A stretch of DNA of 63,576 bases from Dendrobates tinctorius (taxonomy: Eukaryota). The stretch's first letter is position 1; the number at the start of each line of letters is the position of its first letter. The stretch lies in contig NW_027361696.1 in the NCBI RefSeq assembly GCF_039654945.1, positions 425 to 64,000 of the forward strand, read 5' to 3'. The notes under the pieces are model-generated. The model was not told where the DNA came from. It ran no database searches and was given only the letters and a program-made list of their open reading frames with translations. The translations under genes and the position numbers were made by a program. Shown here piece after piece: positions 38,304-50,973 of the stretch.

Positions 38304-41006
38304 TGGCGCCTATTGGAGACAGGTAAGTATATATACCCAAACTCAACCAATCGCACATCGGATATAGCAAAACTGGCCAATCAAAGTGGAAGGGTGTGTT
38401 TAACAATCACCATGATGAACTTCCCATCCTATTCTACCTCATACGTCATTTGATCAAAACCATATCATTATAAGTTGTGAATTGCTGCAATATGTGTGAA
38501 AACAGGAGACCAGGCCCTAATAGCGCGTGACAAACAAGAGGTAATCGTCACCGCTCATAAATACAAAGCGTCCCTGGTAACATAATGACACGCATACTGC
38601 GCATGACAGTGAAAACATGGCCGCCGCTACTTGTAGCTATACAGCGCCCATAGTAACATAACGAATCACATTGCGCATGACCGGAAGAAAATGGCCGCCG
38701 CTACTACTAAGTCGTACTGCGCATGACAGGAAAAAGATGGCCACCGCTACTCATGATTACAAAGCGTCCATGGTAACTTAGATACTTAAATGGCGCATGA
38801 CAGAAAAAAATGACCGCCGCTAGTCCTAATTGCATAGTGTACGTTATTACTTGTAGATGATACAAAAGCGTCCATGTTGATATCAATATTCATACTGCCC
38901 CTAAGCAGGGGAAAAAACTAAATGACCGCCGCTGTAAATATATAGCATCCATTAGAAATCACTCTGCGCATAACATAAAAATGGTAACCATTATTCTTAA
39001 GTATCTAGCGCAGTAATATATGGAACAAACCACTGTGCATAGGCAGAAAAAGAAGAACATGGACGCCAACATCCAAGGAGTAACAATATCCATAATAACC
39101 AAATGTCACATAGAATTAAGAGCCATCCTTGTATAATACCGGACGATCATGACAACCAAAATTTAGGCGCAAAAAGGATGGTGCATGATATCATTAGGCA
39201 TATACAGTATAATATAATAGGCGCATAATAGATGGTACATGATATCATTAGGCATACGTTAATATCAATAATAGCTAAGGTAAGATGAAATAACATTGGC
39301 ATAGACAAGAACACCTCTCCTTACACATTTAGGAGGATGAAGGTGTACTACTACAAGATACACTAGATCTTAAAAGATTACAGATAACCATTTATCTCAC
39401 CACACGTCAGATGGAATATGACGCACATCAAGCAAGGGAAGGTGGGATAACCAGGTGGGCCGCATCAACATCAAGGCCGTGATTGCAACCAAGATGTGAG
39501 AGGACGTGACACAGATGGGGCCCACACATAACCCATTGCCAGACGCGAGTACCCAGTGTGACATGTGGTGAATCACATCACATAACCTATAAATCAATGT
39601 ATCCTATGACAATAGAACATAATGATCAATACAATCATGAAAAATTATGACGCTTGATGTGCGTCATATTCCATCTGACGTGTGGTGAGATATTAAATGG
39701 TTATCTGTAATCCTTTAAGATCTAGTGTATCTTGTAGTAGTACACCTTCATCCTCCTAAAAGTGTAAGGAGAGGTGTTCTTGTCTATGCCAATGTTATTT
39801 CAACTTACCTTAGCTATTATTGATAGTAACATAACAAAAAGAAAAGAGACAGCAGTCACAAAGTTCAAAAAGATACTGACAACTTTATTTAAACATGTAA
39901 CAAATATTACCAGACAGACTGCAAAAATTGGGGCTAAAAGATGGAATATGATAGATCCCAACAGTATAAAAAGCAGGGGGCGGGTGGTCTGGCCCTATAT
40001 GGCGCTTCCTGCTTAAGGTATTTACCGTTATTATTGTGTGATACGGCTTTATGTGCTCAGGCTCTGTGCTGACCATGCTGTGTTATGTTCAAATGATTTT
40101 GGGGGCTATTAGCCGAATAATATAAAATTGGATTATAATATCGTTTGTCAGCATGGGTATGGGTGTATGTAGCCCTATATGAATATTTCATCTACAAGCA
40201 CATACTGTCTTTTTCTGTATTTTATATACATGTATATACCTTGTGTGTACTCCTATATATGGGCCTACACACCTTGGGCAAGCTTTTTATGCGGTTGGGA
40301 TCTATCATATTCCATTTTTTAGCCCCAATTTTTGCAGTCTGTCTGGTAATATTTGTTACATGTTTAAATAAAGTTGTCAGTATCTTTTTGGACTTTGTGA
40401 CTGCTGTCTTTTCTTTTTGTTGTTGGTATTTACTATGCAGTTGTCCATATTTGTCCTGTATTTGGGTGATTATTTAGGATACCGTCATCACTATATTAAT
40501 TGTCTTCACCTATAATGTTCACCAGAAATTTCTTATAGCTATTAACATATGCCTAATGATATCATGTACCATCTATTATGCGCCTATTATATTATATATG
40601 CCTAATGATATCATGCACCATCCTTTTTGCACCTTAATTTTGGTTGTCATGATCATCCGATATTATACAAGGATGGCTCTTAATTATATGTGACATTTGG
40701 TTATTATGGATATTGTTACTCCTTGGATGTTGGCGTCCATGTTCTTTTTCTGCCTATGCACAGTGGTTTGTTCTATATATTACTGCGCTAGATACTTAAG
40801 AATAATGGTTACCATTTTTATGTTACGCGCAGTGATTTCTAATGGATGCTATATATGTACAGCTGCGGACGTTTTTTTCCCCCCCTGCTTCGGAGCGGTA
40901 TGAATATTGATATCAACTGGACGCTTTTGTATCATCTACAAGTAATAACGTACGCTATGCAATGAGGACTAGCGGCGGTCATTTTTTCCTGTCATGCGCA
41001 ATTTAA

Positions 41007-44000
41007 CCCCTTCATGACCCAGCCTATTTTGACCTTAATGACCTGGCCATTTTTTGCAATTCTGACCAGTGTCCCTTTATGAGGTAATAACTCTGGAACG
41101 CTTCAACGCATCCTAGCGATTCCGAGATTGTTTTTTCGTGACAGATTGGGCTTCATGTTAGTGGTAAATTTAGGTCGATAATTTTTGCGTTTGTGAAAAA
41201 AACACAGAAATTTGGCGAAAATTTTGCAATTTTCAAATTTTGAATTTTTATTCTGTTAAACCAGAGGGTTATCTGACACAAAATAGTTAATAAATAACAT
41301 TTCCCACATGTCTACTTTACATCAGCACAATTTGGAAACAAATTTTTTTTTTTGTTAGGAAGTTAAGGGTTAAAAGTTGACCAGCGATTTCTCATTTTTA
41401 CAACAAAATTTACAAAACCATTTTTTTTAGGGACCACCTCACATTTGAAGTCACTTTGAGGGGTCTATATGGCAGAAAATACCCAAAAGTGACACCATTC
41501 TAAAAACTGCACCTCTCAAGCTACTCAAAACTACAATCAAGGAGATTGTTAACCCTTCTGGTGCTTCACAGGAACTAAAGCAACGTGGAGGCAAAAAATG
41601 GACATTTTAATTTTTCCAACATAAATTTTTTTTAGCATCAATTTTATCATTTTCACATGGGTAACAAGATAAAATAGATCCTAAATTTTGTTGGGCAATT
41701 TCTCCTGAGTACACCGATACCTCATATGTGGTCATAAACCACTGTTTGAGCGCACGGCAGGGCTCAGAAGGGAAGGAGCGCCATTTGACTTTTTGAATGG
41801 CAAATATGCTTGAATATTTAGCGGTTGCCATGTCGCGTTTGGAGAGCCACTGTGCGCCTAAACATTGGAGCTCCCCCACAAGTGACCCCATTTTGGAAAC
41901 TAGACCCCCCAAGAAACTTATCTAGATGTATAGTGAGCACTTTAAACCCCCAGGTGCTTCACAGATTAATCCGTAAAAAAAAAAAAAAAAAGGACTTTTT
42001 TTTCACAAATTTTATTTAGCCTCAGTTTCTTCATTTTCACATGGGCAACAGGATAAAATGGATCTTAAAATTTGTTGGGCAATTTCTCCTGAGCACACCA
42101 ATACCTCATATGTGGTCATAAACCACTGTTTGGGCGCACGGCAGGGCCCGGAAGGGAAGGAGGGACATTTGACTTTTTGATTGGAAAATTGGCTCCAATC
42201 GTTAGCGGACACCATGTCGCGTTTGGAGAGCCCCTGGGTGCCTAAACATTGGAACTCCCCCACAAGTGACCCCATTTTGGAAAACAGACCCCCAAGGAGC
42301 TTATCTAGATGTGTGGTGAGCACTTTGAACCCCCAAATGCTTCACAGAAGTTTATAACGCAGAGCAGTGAAAATAAATCTTTTTTTTTTTTTTGCTCAAA
42401 AATGTTTTTTTAGCCCGCTATTTTTTATTTTCACAATGGTAACAGGATAAATTGGACCCCAAAAGTTGCTGTCCAGTTTGTCCTGAGTACACTGGTACCC
42501 CATATGTGGGGGGAACCACTGTTTGGGCACACGGCAGGGCGCAGAAGGGAAGGAGCGTCATTTGACTTTTTGAATGGAAAATTAGCTCCAATCGTTAGCG
42601 GACACCATGTCATATTTGGAGAGCCCGTGTGCCTAAACTTTGGAGCTCCCCCACAAATGCCCCCATTTTGGAAACTAGACCCCCTAAGGAACTTATCTAG
42701 ATGCATAGTGAGCACTTTGAACCCCCAGGTGCTTCACAGAAGTTTATAAAGCAGAGCCGTGAAAATAAAAAAATAATTTTTTTCCCAAAAAATGATTTTT
42801 TAGCCCACTATTTTTTATTTTCACAAGGGTAACAGGATAAATTTGGACCCCAAAAGTTGTTGTCCAGTTTGCCCTGAGTACGCTGGTACCCCATATGTGG
42901 GGGGGGGGGGGGGGACCACTGTTTGGGCACACGTTGGAGCTCGGAAGGGAAGTAGTGACGTTTTGAAATGCCAACTTGATGGAATGGTCTGCGGGTGTCA
43001 TATTACGTTTGCAGAGCCCCTGATGTACCTAAACAGTGGAAACCCCCCACAAGTGACCCCATTTTGGAAACTAGACCACCCAAGGAACTAATCTAGATGT
43101 GTGTGAGCACTTTGAAACCCCAAGTGTTTCACAGATGTTTATAACGCAGAAACGTGAAAATAAAAAAATTTTTTTTTTCCACAAAAATAATTATTTAGCG
43201 CCCAATTTTTTATTTTCCCAAGGGTAACTGAAGAAATTAGACCCCCAAAGTTGTTATGCAATTTTTCCTGAGTACGCGGATATCCCATATGTGGGGGTAA
43301 ACCACTGTTTCGGCGCACATCGGGGCTCGAATTGGAGGGAGCACTGTTTAACTTTTTGAACGCAAAATTGGCTGGGATCAATGGTGGCGCCATGTCGCGT
43401 TTGTAGACCCCCTAATGTGCCTAAACAGTGGAAACCCCTCAATTCTATCTCCAACCCTAACCCTAATCCCAACTCTAACCCTAACCACAAGCCTAACCGT
43501 AATCCCAACCCCAACCCACCCATAACCCTACTTCCAGCCCTAACCCTACTTCCAGCCCTAACCCTACTTCCAGCCCTAACCCTACTTCCAGCCCTAACCC
43601 TACTTCCAGCCCTAACCCTACTTCCAGCCCTAACCCTACTTCCAGCCCTAACCCTACTTCCAGCCCTAACCCTAATTCCAACCCTAATCCTAAACGGTGT
43701 TTCAAATTATTATGCAAAAAGATTTGCATAATCGTCACATGATCGGGGGTCGGCGTCATGTTGCCTGGACAACCAGAGGTCTCAGAGACCTCTATGGTTG
43801 TTCCAGGCTGATGGCTTTCAGCGCCACCCAGTGGGCGGCGCTGAAAGCACAGGAGTAAATCTGCTACATATGAGAGATCTACTCATCGCCCATATGTAGC
43901 AGAGCCGATTGAGTTGTGCATGCTTCAAGCCTCCTATGGAGGCTAATGAAGCATGCCAAAAGAAAAAAAAAAAAAAAAAAAAAATGTTTAAAAGTAAAAA

Positions 44001-44576
44001 AAAAATAAAAGTTCAAATCACCCCCCTTTCGCCCCAATCAAAATAAAAGAGTAAAAAAAAAATCCCACATACACATTAGGTATCGTCGCATTCAGAATCG
44101 CCCGATTTATCAATAAAAAAAAGTATTAACCCGATCGCTAAACGGCGTAGCGAGAAAAAAAAGTCAAAACCCCAGAATTCCTTTTTTTTTTTCTCTCTGT
44201 GACAATGCATTAAAATGCAATAACGGGCGAACGTGTCTGCATAAAAGTGGTATAATTAAAAACGTCAGCTCGGCACGCAAAAAATAAGCCCTCACCCAAC
44301 CCCAGATCACGAAAAATGGAGACGCTACGGGTCTCGGAAATTTTTTTTTTTTTTTTAGCAAACTGGATTTTTTTTCACCACTTAGATATAAGCCCTCACA
44401 TGGCCATATTGACGGAAAAATAAAAGTTATGGCTCTGGGAAGAAAGGGAGCGAAAAACAAAAACGAAAATAACCCCGGTCCTCAAGGGGTTAAAGTCATG
44501 ACGCCACATAGGCGTCATGGGTCGTTTTGACATGACTTTTCATGACGCCTACGTGGCGTCAAAGGTCGTGAAGGGG
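41007..44576. mobile_element. Non-autonomous piggyBac-type element with internal ~0.4-kb tandem repeats and a telomere-like tract
   Basis: TTAA|CCCCTTCATGACC ... GGTCGTGAAGGGG|ATAA, with a second end-like GGTCCTCAAGGGG|TTAA at 44477-44493. About five repeats containing gaccccattttggaaactagacccc...atctagatg. Confidence 0.8.
43452..43693. repeat. Telomere-like (CCCTAA)-derived tract with 18-bp unit ccctaaccctacttccag
   Basis: Direct inspection. Confidence 0.92.
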
Positions 44577-44583
44577 ATAAGTA

Positions 44584-46790
44584 CCCTAGGAGGTAGCGAT
44601 CATGCTATTTTAGAATTTTGGATAACTAGAGGAGGAAGACCTGTGAAGGACTCAGACTTCAAGGTTAGATTTCAGAAAGGCAGATTTTAAGGGATTCAGA
44701 AAGAGAATTGGAGGGATCCAATGGCTGGATATCCTTAAAGACAAAAATGTCCAGGAAGGATGGGAAATCTTGAAAAATGAAATTCTCAAAGCACAATTGT
44801 TAACAATTTCGAAAAGAGGGAAGAATAGGAAGCATTTAAGGAAACCAGGATGGATGAACACAGAACTTAAGCACATGCTAAAAAGGAAGAAAGAAATGTT
44901 TATAAAATGGAAAGAGGGAGGCATATCTAAAGAATATAATGATGTCTGCAGAACCTGCAGGGCACAAATCAGATTAGCTAAAGCTGACAATGAATTGAGG
45001 CTTGCAAGAGATGTCAAAAGCAATAACAAAGGATTTTGGGGATATGTCAAAAATAAAAGAAAAGTCAAAGATGCTATAGGATTTTTACAGGATGAAAATG
45101 ATGAAATGGTAAAACAGGATGTTAAGAAGGCCGAACTTTTAAATTCCTATTTTGCATCTGTTTTCTCTCAGAAAGGAAATGTAACATCAACTGTTCTTCA
45201 CAGTCCTATTAAGGGAATAGAAGAATCCAGGATATCTGTAAACAGAAAGAGTGAGGAAACTTAGCTAACCTAAATGAATTCAAGTCTCCAGGTCCAGATG
45301 AATTACACCCCAGAGTACTGAAGGAGATAGCAGAAGAAATTTTTGAACCCCTCTCCATAATCTTTGAAAACTCTTAGAGAACAGGAGAAGTCCCAGAAGA
45401 CTGGAGAAGAGCAAATGTTGTTCCCATCTTCAAAAAGGGGAAGGTGGTGGACCCAGGCAACTATAGGCCGGTGAGTCTGACTTCTATACCAGGAAAGATC
45501 TTTGCACAAACTATTAAACAACATGTATGTCAATACCTGGATAAGAATAAAGTGATTAAACAGAGTCAGCATGTGTTTGTAACTAATAAGTCATGCCAGA
45601 CTAACTTAATTTCCTTCTATGACGGAATCACTGATTGGGTGGATCAAGAAAATGCTGTAGATATAGTATATCTTGACTTCAGCAAAGCATTTGACAAAGT
45701 ATCTCATACAATCCTTATTGAAAAAATGACTAAGTATGGAATGGACAAGGCAACTGTTAGGTGGATTCATAACTGGCTTAGTGATCGGACCCAAAGAGTG
45801 GTCGTAAATGGCTGCACATCCAGTTGGAAGAATGTCTCAAGTGGGGTACCACAGGGATCTGTCCTGGGCCCTGTATTGTTCAACATCTTTATCAACGATT
45901 TAGATGAAGGAATTGAGGGTAAACTGATTAAATTTGCTGATGACACAAAGCTAGGAGGGATAGCTAATACTAGAGAAGAGAGAGAGAGGATTCAAAAAGA
46001 TATAAATAAACTGGAGCAGTAACTAACAGAATGGTTTTTAACAGGGAAAAATGCAAAGTACTACATCTGGGCAATAAAAATGAAAAAAGCATATACAGAA
46101 TGGGAGGAAGAGCTAAGCAACAGCACATGTGAAAAAGACTTGGGTATACTAATAGATCACAGACTGAATATGAGTCAACAGTGTGATGCAGCAGCAAAAA
46201 AGGCAAATGCAATTCTAGGATGTACTAACAGAAGCTTACAGTCTAGATCACGTGAAGTCATTATTGCCCTCTACTCCTCTTTGGTCAGACCTCATCTGGA
46301 ATATTGTGTCCAGTTTTGGGCACCACATTTTAAGAAAGACATCAACAAACTGGAGCGAGTTCAGAAAAGAGCGACCAGAATGGTGACCGGTCTGCAAACC
46401 CTGTCTTATGAGGAAAGGTTGCAGGATTTGGGAATGTTTAGTTTGCAAAAGAGAAGACTGAGAGGAGACTTAATAGCTGTCTACAAATATCTAAAGGGCT
46501 GTCACATTGTAGAAGGATCATCTTTATTCTCATTTGCACAAGGAAGGACTAGAAGCAATGGGATGAAACTGAATGGGAGGAGACACAGATTAGATATTAG
46601 AAAAAACTTTTTGACAGAGTGATCAATGAGTGGAACAGGCTGCCATGAGAAGTGGCAAGTTCTCCTCTAATGGAAGTCTTCAAACAGAGACTGGACAGAT
46701 ATCTGACTGGGATGATTTAGCGAATCCTGCTTTGAGCAGGGGGTTGGACCAGATGGCCCAGGAGGTCCCTTCCAACTCTACGATTCTATG
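44584..46790 (+). mobile_element. 5'-truncated CR1 LINE (ORF2 remnant)
   Basis: [42 protein letters not shown] and HLEYCVQFW motifs. 3' end ggtcccttccaactctacgattctatg. Confidence 0.95.
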
Positions 46791-47303
46791 ATTAAGTATC
46801 TAAGTTACCATGGACGCTTTGTAATCATGAGTAGCGGCGGCCATCTTTTTCCTGTCATGCGCAGTACGACTTTTTGTTACTAGGAACGCTGTGTATCTAT
46901 GAGTAGCGGCGGCCATTTTCTTCCGGTCATGCGCAGTGTGATTCGTTATGTTACTATGGGCGCTGTATAGCTACAAGTAGCGGCGGCCATGTTTTCACTG
47001 TCATGCGCAGTATGCGTGTCATTATGTTACCAGGGACGCTTTGTATTTATGAGGGGTGACGATTACCTCTTGTTTGTCACGCGCTATTAGGGCCTGGTCT
47101 CCTGTTTTCACACATATTGCAGCAATTCACAACTTATAATGATATGGTTTTGATCAAATGACGTATGAGGTAGAATAGGATGGGAAGTTCATCATGGTGA
47201 TTGTTAAACACACCCTTCCACTTTGATTGGCCAGTTTTGCTATATCCGATGTGCGATTGGTTGAGTTTGGGTATATATACTTACCTGTCTCCAATAGGCG
47301 CCA

Positions 47304-47342
47304 CCCCCTGACGAAGGCTAAGGGCCGAAACACGTGTTGGGG
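47304..47342 (+). ncRNA. Minimal type-I hammerhead ribozyme (right arm)
   Basis: ccccctgacgaaggctaagggccgaaacacgtgttgggg, identical to the left-arm copy. Confidence 0.75.
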
Positions 47343-47528
47343 AGGGCGGCGGTCCAGACCAGGTGCAGTGTAGCTTGTAAGTTATACCTTATACTTACCA
47401 TACTCTTTGATGTCTAACGCTGTTTTCAGAAATATTCCTGGTCCAGGATATAAACTATGCATATACTGACACCTATCGGTGCTATTGGGTATTATTCCCA
47501 TTATACATGTGGTATATCTATGCAGTGA

Positions 47529-50254
47529 AGCTACTTTCACACTTGCGTTTTTTTGCTGCGCGTTTTTTGCGCACACAAACGCATGGAAAAAACGCATCAT
47601 GCGTTTGTGTGCGTTTTTTGGTGCTTTTTTTAGCGTACAATGGGGGTTTTGCTGTAAAAAAACGCATTGCTTTTTTTGGGGCAAGTCGAAATAAGAAACT
47701 TCTCGGGGCAAGAGAAATAAGGTCCCCCGATCCCCCCCTGTACCTTCCGGTGGTCCTGCGTCCCTGCAGCTTCCTCCGGTGGGCGCCACCATCTTGGATC
47801 CGGAGAAAATGGCAGGCGCATGCGCAGTGCGCCCGCCGGGAATCTGCAGGCTCCGGCTGGCAGATTCCATTCATTCATTTTGATCACGATGATAAACTAT
47901 CATCGTGATCAAAATAAAAAAAATAGTAAATAGGCCCCGTTTATCACCCCCTTAGTTAGGCAAACACAATGAATCAAAGAAAATATTTTTTTTTTTTCAT
48001 TTTTCCATTAGGGCTAGAATTAGGGTTGGAATTAGGGTTAGACTTAGGGTTAGAATTAGTATTAGCGTTGGGATTAGGGTTAGGGGTGTGTTGGGGTTAG
48101 GGTTGGAGCAAGAATTGAGGGGTTTCCACTATTTACCAACTTTGGGGGTCTAATTTCTCCTGTTACCCTTGGGAAAATTTTCACGGCTCTGCGTCATAAA
48201 CTTCTGTGAAGCACTTGGGGGTTCAAAGTGCTCACCACATATCTAGAAAAGCTCCGTGGGGGGTTTATACTGTTTATGAACATCAGGTGCTCTGCAAACG
48301 CAAAATGACGCCCACAGAACATTCCATCAAATCTGCATTCCAAAATGGCGCTCCACATATGGGGTATCAGTGTACTCAGGACAAATTGCACAACAACATT
48401 TGTGGTTCAATTTCTCCTGTTACCCTTAGGAAAATAAAAAATAGCGGGCGTTAAAATCATTTTTGAGGAAAAAAATGTTTTTTTTATTTTCAAGGCTCTG
48501 GGTTTATAAACTTCTGTGAAGCACGTGGGGGTTCAAAGTGCTCACCACAAATCTAGATAAGCTCCTTCAGGGGTCTAATTTCCAAAATGGGGTCACTTGT
48601 GGGGAGTTTATACTGTTAGGCACATCAGTGGCTCTGCAAAACGCAACGACACCCGCAGACCATTCCATCAAAGTCTGCATTCCAAAATGGCGTTCCTTCC
48701 ATTTCGAGGTCTCCCATGCGCCCAAGCAGTGGTTCCCCACCACATATGGGGTTATCTTCATACTCCGGACTAATTGCACAACAACTTTTGTGGTCCAATT
48801 TCTCCTGTTACCCTTGATAAAATAAAACATAGCAGGCTAAAAAATCATTTGAGGAAAAAAAAAGTGATTTTTTATTTTCACTGCTCTGCGTTATAAACTT
48901 CTTTGAAGCACTTGGGGGTTCAAAGTGCTCACCACACATCTAGATAAGTTCCTTCAGGGGTCTAGTTTCCAAGATGGTGTAATTGTGGTTTTTTTTCACT
49001 GTTTAGGCACATCAGGGGCTCTCCAAAAGCGACATGGCATCCAATCTCAATACCAGCCAATTCTGCATTGAAAAAGTCAAACGGTACTCCTTCCCTTCTG
49101 AGCTCTGCCGTGCGCCCAAACAGTGGTTTACGCCCACATATAGGGTATCAGCATACTCAGGACAAATCGCACAATAACTGTGGGGGTATGATTTCTCCTG
49201 ATACCCTTGTAAAAATAAAAATTTGGGGGCGAAAAGATCATTTTTGTGGAAAAAAAATGATTTTTTATTTTCACGGCTCTACGTTATAAACTTCTGTGAA
49301 GCACTTGAAGGTTCAAAGTGCTCACCACATATCTAGATAAGTTCCTTAAGGGGTCTAGTTTCCAAAAGTGAGTCACTTGTTGGGGGTTTCCACTGTTTAG
49401 GAACATTAGGGGCTCTCCGAATGCAACATGGCATCCGATCTCAATTGCAGCCAATTCTGCGTTGAAAAAGTCAAACGGCGCTCCTTCCCTTGTGAGCTCT
49501 GCCGTGCGCTGAAAAAGTGGTTTACCCCCACATATGGGGTATTGGTGTATTCAGGAGAAATTGCACAACAAATTTTTAGGTTTATTTTCTCTTTTACCAC
49601 TTGTGAAAATAAAAAAAATTGGATCTGAAGTAAATCTTTTGCAAAAATAAGTTAAATGTTAATTTTTTCCTTCCACATTTCTTTAGTTCCTGTGAAGCAC
49701 GTAAAGGGTTAATAAACTTCTCGAATGTGGTTTTGAGCACCTTGAGGGGTCTAGTTTTTAGAATGGTGTCACATTTTGGTATTTTCTGTCATGTACACCT
49801 CTCAAAATAACTTTAAATATGATGTGGTCCCTAAAAAAAATGGTTTTGTAAATTTTGTTGTAAAAATGAGAAATCGTTAGTCAACTTTTAACCCTTATAA
49901 CTTCCTAACAAAAAAAAATTTGTTTACAAAATTGTGCTGATATAAAGTGGACATGTGGGAAATGTTATTTATTAAGAAATTTATGTGACACATCTCTCTG
50001 ATTTAAGGGCATAAAAATTTAAAGTTTTAAAATTGCAAAATTTTCGCCATATTTCCATTTTTTTCATAAATAAACACAAGACATATCGAAGAAATTTTAC
50101 CACTAACATGAAGTACAATATGTCACGAAAAAACAATCTCAGAATCAGTGGGATCCGTTAAAGCGTTCCAGAGTTATAACCTCAAAGTGACAGTGGTCAG
50201 AATTGTAAAAATTGGCCCGGTCATTTAGCTGTAAAATGGCTCTGTCACTAAGGG
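47529..50254. mobile_element. Second, reverse-oriented partial copy of the piggyBac-type family, preceded by a half Harbinger MITE
   Basis: Reverse-complement similarity to 41007-43500, including ttaggg repeats at ~48005-48110. Ends gtcactaagggttt. The other end was not found. Confidence 0.75.
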
Positions 50255-50613
50255 TTTACATTTTCTTCACTGTATATTTTTGAGATACATTTGTTAACAC
50301 CATTTTCTGCAATAATTTGCCCTTATGAAATGGATAGTACTGCCCTCTTATGTATATTTTTATATTATAAAACACTGATGCTTTGCTACTTTTAAAATAC
50401 CTCAAGTACCTTCATTTATAAAATAATAAAGTATATATATTTTTACATTCAGGACTTATGGTCAATGTTTCTTGTGTTTTGTGCGGTGTTCAGTGATTTG
50501 ACTGTCCTAACAATTATAATTACGTAGTCTGTGGGGTTATCAGCTATAGATACGACTGGGTCTGCATATATCACTATGTGATTGCTGGTTTTCCCGTTTT
50601 CCTTTATGTGTGG

Positions 50614-50955
50614 TGCCAGTATGAAGGAGGAAGGCTCCGGACAGTATGGGGCCCCGGTATAAAGAGCCACTGACAGCATGAAGGAGGAAGGCTCCAGACA
50701 GTACGGGGCCCCAGTGTAAGGAGACACAGACAGCATGAAGGAGGAAGACTCCGGACAGTACTGGGCCACAGTGTAAGGAGACACAGAGAGCATGAAGGAG
50801 GAAGGCTCCAGACAGTACGGGGGCCCCAGTGTAAAGAGCTACTGACAACATGAAGGAGGAAGACCCCGGACAGTGCAGGGCCAAAGTGACAGCAAGAAGG
50901 AGGAAGCCTCCAGACAGTACGGGGCCCTAGTGACAGCATGAAGGAGGAAGGCTGC
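50614..50955. repeat. ~56-60 bp minisatellite, right part, adjacent to SRPRA exon 13
   Basis: Same unit as 36660-37131. Confidence 0.92.
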
Positions 50956-50973
50956 GGGTGACATCGGATTTAC

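Larger units (their letters stand above)
37132..50613 (+). mobile_element. Giant palindromic non-coding element with hammerhead ribozymes (Penelope-like/retrozyme-like), containing nested insertions
   Basis: Left arm 37132-39264 is the reverse complement of 40540-41006 + 46791-47528 + 50255-50305. Unpaired tail 50306-50613 contains AATAAA. Flanked by tgccagcatg / tgccagtatg. Confidence 0.75.

Noticed and set aside
39397-40903. Small ORFs in the palindrome as element-encoded proteins
   Set aside because: Short, AT-rich and mirror images of each other, with no RT, endonuclease or Rep motifs.
43452-43693. True telomere or chromosome fusion site
   Set aside because: Short, degenerate and embedded in a TTAA-flanked transposon whose second copy has a similar tract.
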